Source: the human T2T-CHM13v2.0 reference genome, Homo sapiens
NCBI RefSeq assembly: GCF_009914755.1
Contig: NC_060943.1
Direction: 5' to 3' (one strand)
Length of the DNA stretch: 64,000 nucleotides
Below, piece by piece: positions 59,431 to 64,000 of the stretch. The notes under the pieces are model-generated. The model searched no databases, was not told the origin of the DNA, and worked only from the letters and a program-made list of their open reading frames with translations. Numbering within the stretch: the first letter of the stretch is position 1; every line of letters begins with the position of its first letter. The position numbers and the translations under genes are program-made.

Positions 59431-60115
59431 TGAGTAGCTGGGATTACAGGCGCCCGCCACCAGGTCCGGCTGATTGTTTTGTATTTTTAGTAGAGATGGG
59501 GTTTCACCATCTTGGCCAGGATGGTCTTTAACTCCTGACCTCGTGATCCACCCACCTCAGCCTCCCAAAGTGCTGGGATTATAGGCGTAAACTACCACGC
59601 CCGGCCTCCCAGGGTAGCTTTTGTAGCTGACATTTTTTGACAGCAGAGCCGCTCTAACGCTGTGTAGATTATTCTCTGGGGACATGCTGATCCGCATCCT
59701 GGATACTAATCAACATGGTTTGGGAACGCCTAAACAAAAAAAAAAAAAAAAAAAAAAAAGTGCTGGAGGCCAGGAGGCTGTGGTGGTGAATACAGTGAGC
59801 AGAACTGACCAGCTGGATTCTTCTTAGCGGTTTCCCCACTCCCAAAGGAAATTCAAAGTAGACGAATGGTCAGAACCCAGAAATTGATTTAACATCCAGC
59901 TTCAAAGGGGATGTCCAGGGCAAACTGTCTTGGTTTGAAAATCAAAACCATTCTGCTTTTATTAATGTCAGAATAAACATAAGTAATTTAAATGTGACCC
60001 ACTCCAGAGATTGATAACTTCCTTTTTTTTTTTTTTTTTTAATAAAGTTTCAGGCTGGGCGCGGTGGCTCACGCCTGTAATCCCAGCACTTTGGGAGGCC
60101 GAGGCGGGCAGATCA

Positions 60116-60494
<379 letters not shown>

Positions 60495-60924
60495 TAATTT
60501 TTGTATTATTAGTAGAGACGGAGTTTCGCCATGAGCTACCATGCCTGGTTCCTCCAATTTTCATTGACAGTTACTTCCTTATCACATCATATGCTGTTCA
60601 TTAATGATCAAGACCCCCAGGATCACAGCACATTCTCAACGGCAGGTTCAGGGCTAATGATGTCTTCTAAGAAGCATTTGAAGGCGCAAGGAGCTCACCT
60701 GATTTCTTTCAAGCCTTTGTTAATTCACTGGACAGACCCTGATTAAAGGTAATGGCCTGGCTAGCCTGGTAATGGTAGCTCATGCCTGTAATCCCAGCAC
60801 TTTGCGGGGCTGAGGTGGGAGGATCGCTTGAGCCCAGGAGTTTGAGACCAGCCTGGGTAACACAGTGAGACCCCATCTCTATTTTCTTTTTGAAGTTTTT
60901 AATTCTTTATTATATAATAAAGTT

Positions 60925-60926
<2 letters not shown>

Positions 60927-60972
<46 letters not shown>
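60927..60972. repeat. (TA)n microsatellite
   Basis: About 22 pure TA units. Confidence 0.95.
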
Positions 60973-60975
<3 letters not shown>

Positions 60976-61158
60976 ATGGCCCTCAAACTTTTGCAGGCAC
61001 CAGGATGACCTGAAGGACTTTAAGCAGCTCACTGCTGGGCCCCACCCTTGGAGTTTTTGATTCAGTTCTAGGGTGGGTCCAAAAATCTGCATTTCAAACA
61101 AAAGAGCATCACATGATGCCGATGCTGCTGGTCCACAACCATCCTTTGAGAGCCAGTG
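60972..61158. mobile_element. MER5A-like (hAT-Charlie) element
   Basis: tgctgggccccaccc...gagtttttgattcagt...aatctgcattt...gatgccgatgctgctggtcc...tttgaga. Confidence 0.65.
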
Positions 61159-61294
61159 TTTTGACTCACTCCCTAACACAGGCTCTTAACTTGTGGTCCA
61201 GAAATTCCTGACACTATAGATACATAATTTTTTTTTTTTCTGTTCCCAGAAAAAAAAAAGTCAGTAACATCTGACAGGAGGGTGTGTGACCCAC

Positions 61295-61825
<531 letters not shown>

Positions 61826-62300
61826 CCCACCAAAAATTAAGAGCCATTGTTCCTTACTCAAAAGTTGCTAATAGGAGAGAAGCTTCTAGAGCAAGTTGGC
61901 CAGACAAGTCAAGTACAAACTGAAGAGTAAATCAAGCTTTGCTAACAATTTCAGAAACATTTATTGGGTCCCAAAGAAGTTGCCTCCCAATTTCCCCTCT
62001 GCCAACAGCTGATAGCTGCATCCTTGGCATCTGCCTCCTGGCCTTGGCAGGATCCATTTTTATGATTTACAATGCATCATCAACCAGAAATACAATGAGA
62101 ACCACCTGCCAGTCTCCCAAATACTATCTGCAGCCACTCATTTAACTCTCCTGGCTAGCTCCACGTGGGCCGTCTGAACTCTCTTAGAAGAATCATCTCT
62201 CTGCTCAGGCACCGGGAGCAAGGGGCATCTGTCGCTCTGCAGAACGGAGGGGACCAGGCCTGATGAACACCATCCTGGGCCCAGAAACCTGGGAGGGTAA

Positions 62301-62582
<282 letters not shown>

Positions 62583-63559
62583 TAGAGACAGGGTCTATGT
62601 TGACCATACTGGTTTCAAATTATGCTCCTGCCTCAGCCTCCCAAAGTGCTGGGATTAAACATGTGAGACACCGTGCCCAGCCCACATGGCCTCATTTAAA
62701 TCCCACAACAACTCTAATAAGACACTAGTATGTCCAGGTCACAGATGAGAAGAGGGAAGCCAAAGGAATAACTTGCTGAAGGTTATGGAGCTAGGATAGG
62801 ACCCCACAAGGTCTTGCTCTGGGGGCCTGCATCAGTAACCAGTACTCAACATCAAGGAAAGGCCTTGGGGCCGGGCGCAGTGACTCGCACCTGCAATCCC
62901 AGCACTTTGGGAGGCTGAGGCGGGTGAATCACTTGAGGTCAGGAGTTCGAGACGAGCGTGGGCAACATGGTGAAACCCTGTCTCTTCTAAAAATAGAAAA
63001 ATTAGCCAGCCACGGTGGCGGGCGCCTGTAATCCCAGCTACTCAGGGGGCTGAGGCAGGAGAATCACTTGAACCCGGGAGGCAGAGGTTGCAGTGAGCTG
63101 AAATCGCGCCACTGCACTTTAGCCTAGATGACAGAGTGCAACTTGGTCTCAAAAAAAAAAAAAAAAAAATCTTGGAGCAGCGTTGGAGAAGCTCCCTCTG
63201 TCCCCTCTCTACTGGCTGCTGCCCCTCTGAAATGGCCTTTCCCTTCCCAACAGATCCTTGAGATTTGTTTAGAAGAGTCTGGAGAGTGAGCGCAGAGGCT
63301 GACTCACTGCGTGACCTTGCTCTGCCAGTTAGGAGATAACCTTCCCATAGATGCCACTTTCCACATCAGTAGTTTTTTTTTTTAAGGGAAGGGGAGCTGG
63401 GGGAGAAGGCTTTTGGGGCCTTCCTACTGTAAAAGCTCAAGTTCCTTACACTCACTGCTTTCTCTCTATTACATCATCCTGCTCCCTCCCCACCCCCAAG
63501 GCTCTTAGTCTGAAATGATCTAATTTCTACCACCGGAATGACTTGTTCTCTACAGTATT

Positions 63560-63978
63560 CTCAGAACTTGCTACGTGGTAGGAGGTCAAGAACACACTGA
63601 ATAACCCACCTCTTCCCACCCTCCTAAGCCTCCTGTCCCATCCATGCTCTACTATTTCTCGTAATTATTGCCTTCTAATACAATATCGTTACTAAACATC
63701 TTTATTGCCTGTCTCATCCTGCCAAAATGTAAGCTCCAAGGCAGATTTATTTTTTAAGAGACAGGGTCTCGCCATGTTGACCAGGCTGGACTCCAGGTTT
63801 CCAACAATCCTTCCACCTCAGCCGCCAGAGTAGCTGGGAGTACAGCGCGCGCCACCATGCCCAGCTTCAAAGGCAGAAATTTTTGTCTGTTTTGTTCACT
63901 GCCATATCCCCAGAACCTAGAACACTCTCTGGCAAATAATAAGCAATCAAGAAGTATTTGTCTAAGAAAGGAATGAAT
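63560..63978. mobile_element. L2 3'-end remnant, split by a short Alu
   Basis: aatgtaagctcc...tttgtctgttttgttcactgc..tatccccag..cctagaaca...tggca...aatgaat. Confidence 0.7.
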
Positions 63979-64000
63979 TCTGATCCCAGTGAGGCTCGTA

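Overview
Human genomic DNA, GC-rich and very Alu-dense. I recognise it as chr19p13.3 from the translated exons. In order: the last eight coding exons and 3' UTR of SAFB (+); a ~10 kb intergenic stretch; MICOS13/C19orf70/QIL1 (-, complete, 118 aa) head-to-head with HSD11B1L (+, complete, 286-aa form plus a 315-aa alternative C-terminus) across a CpG-island bidirectional promoter; RPL36 (+, complete, 105 aa); and exons 2-18 of LONP1 (-; exon 1 lies beyond the right edge), tail-to-tail with RPL36. All exon boundaries were read from GT/AG sites and checked for frame. Most notable structure: (1) RPL36 is dual-coding, with a GTG-initiated 148-aa overlapping ORF (the published alt-RPL36) whose stop lies inside the AATAAA and whose frame survives retention of the last intron; (2) a palindromic TTTAAT-C-ATTAAA element gives a poly(A) hexamer to both convergent genes; (3) the MICOS13 AUG is the centre of an imperfect palindrome encoding M-V-A-R on both strands; (4) an array of ZNF143-type sites plus RFX and CLEAR boxes in the shared promoter; (5) an SVA inserted into an Alu linker in LONP1 intron 8; (6) an 83-bp templated Alu-to-Alu insertion; (7) candidate poison or terminal exons in SAFB and LONP1. 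No CRISPR array, rRNA or tRNA is present. I do not see a wholly new gene system; the novel items are regulatory or structural hypotheses. Repeat family names come from memory of consensus sequences and need a RepeatMasker check.
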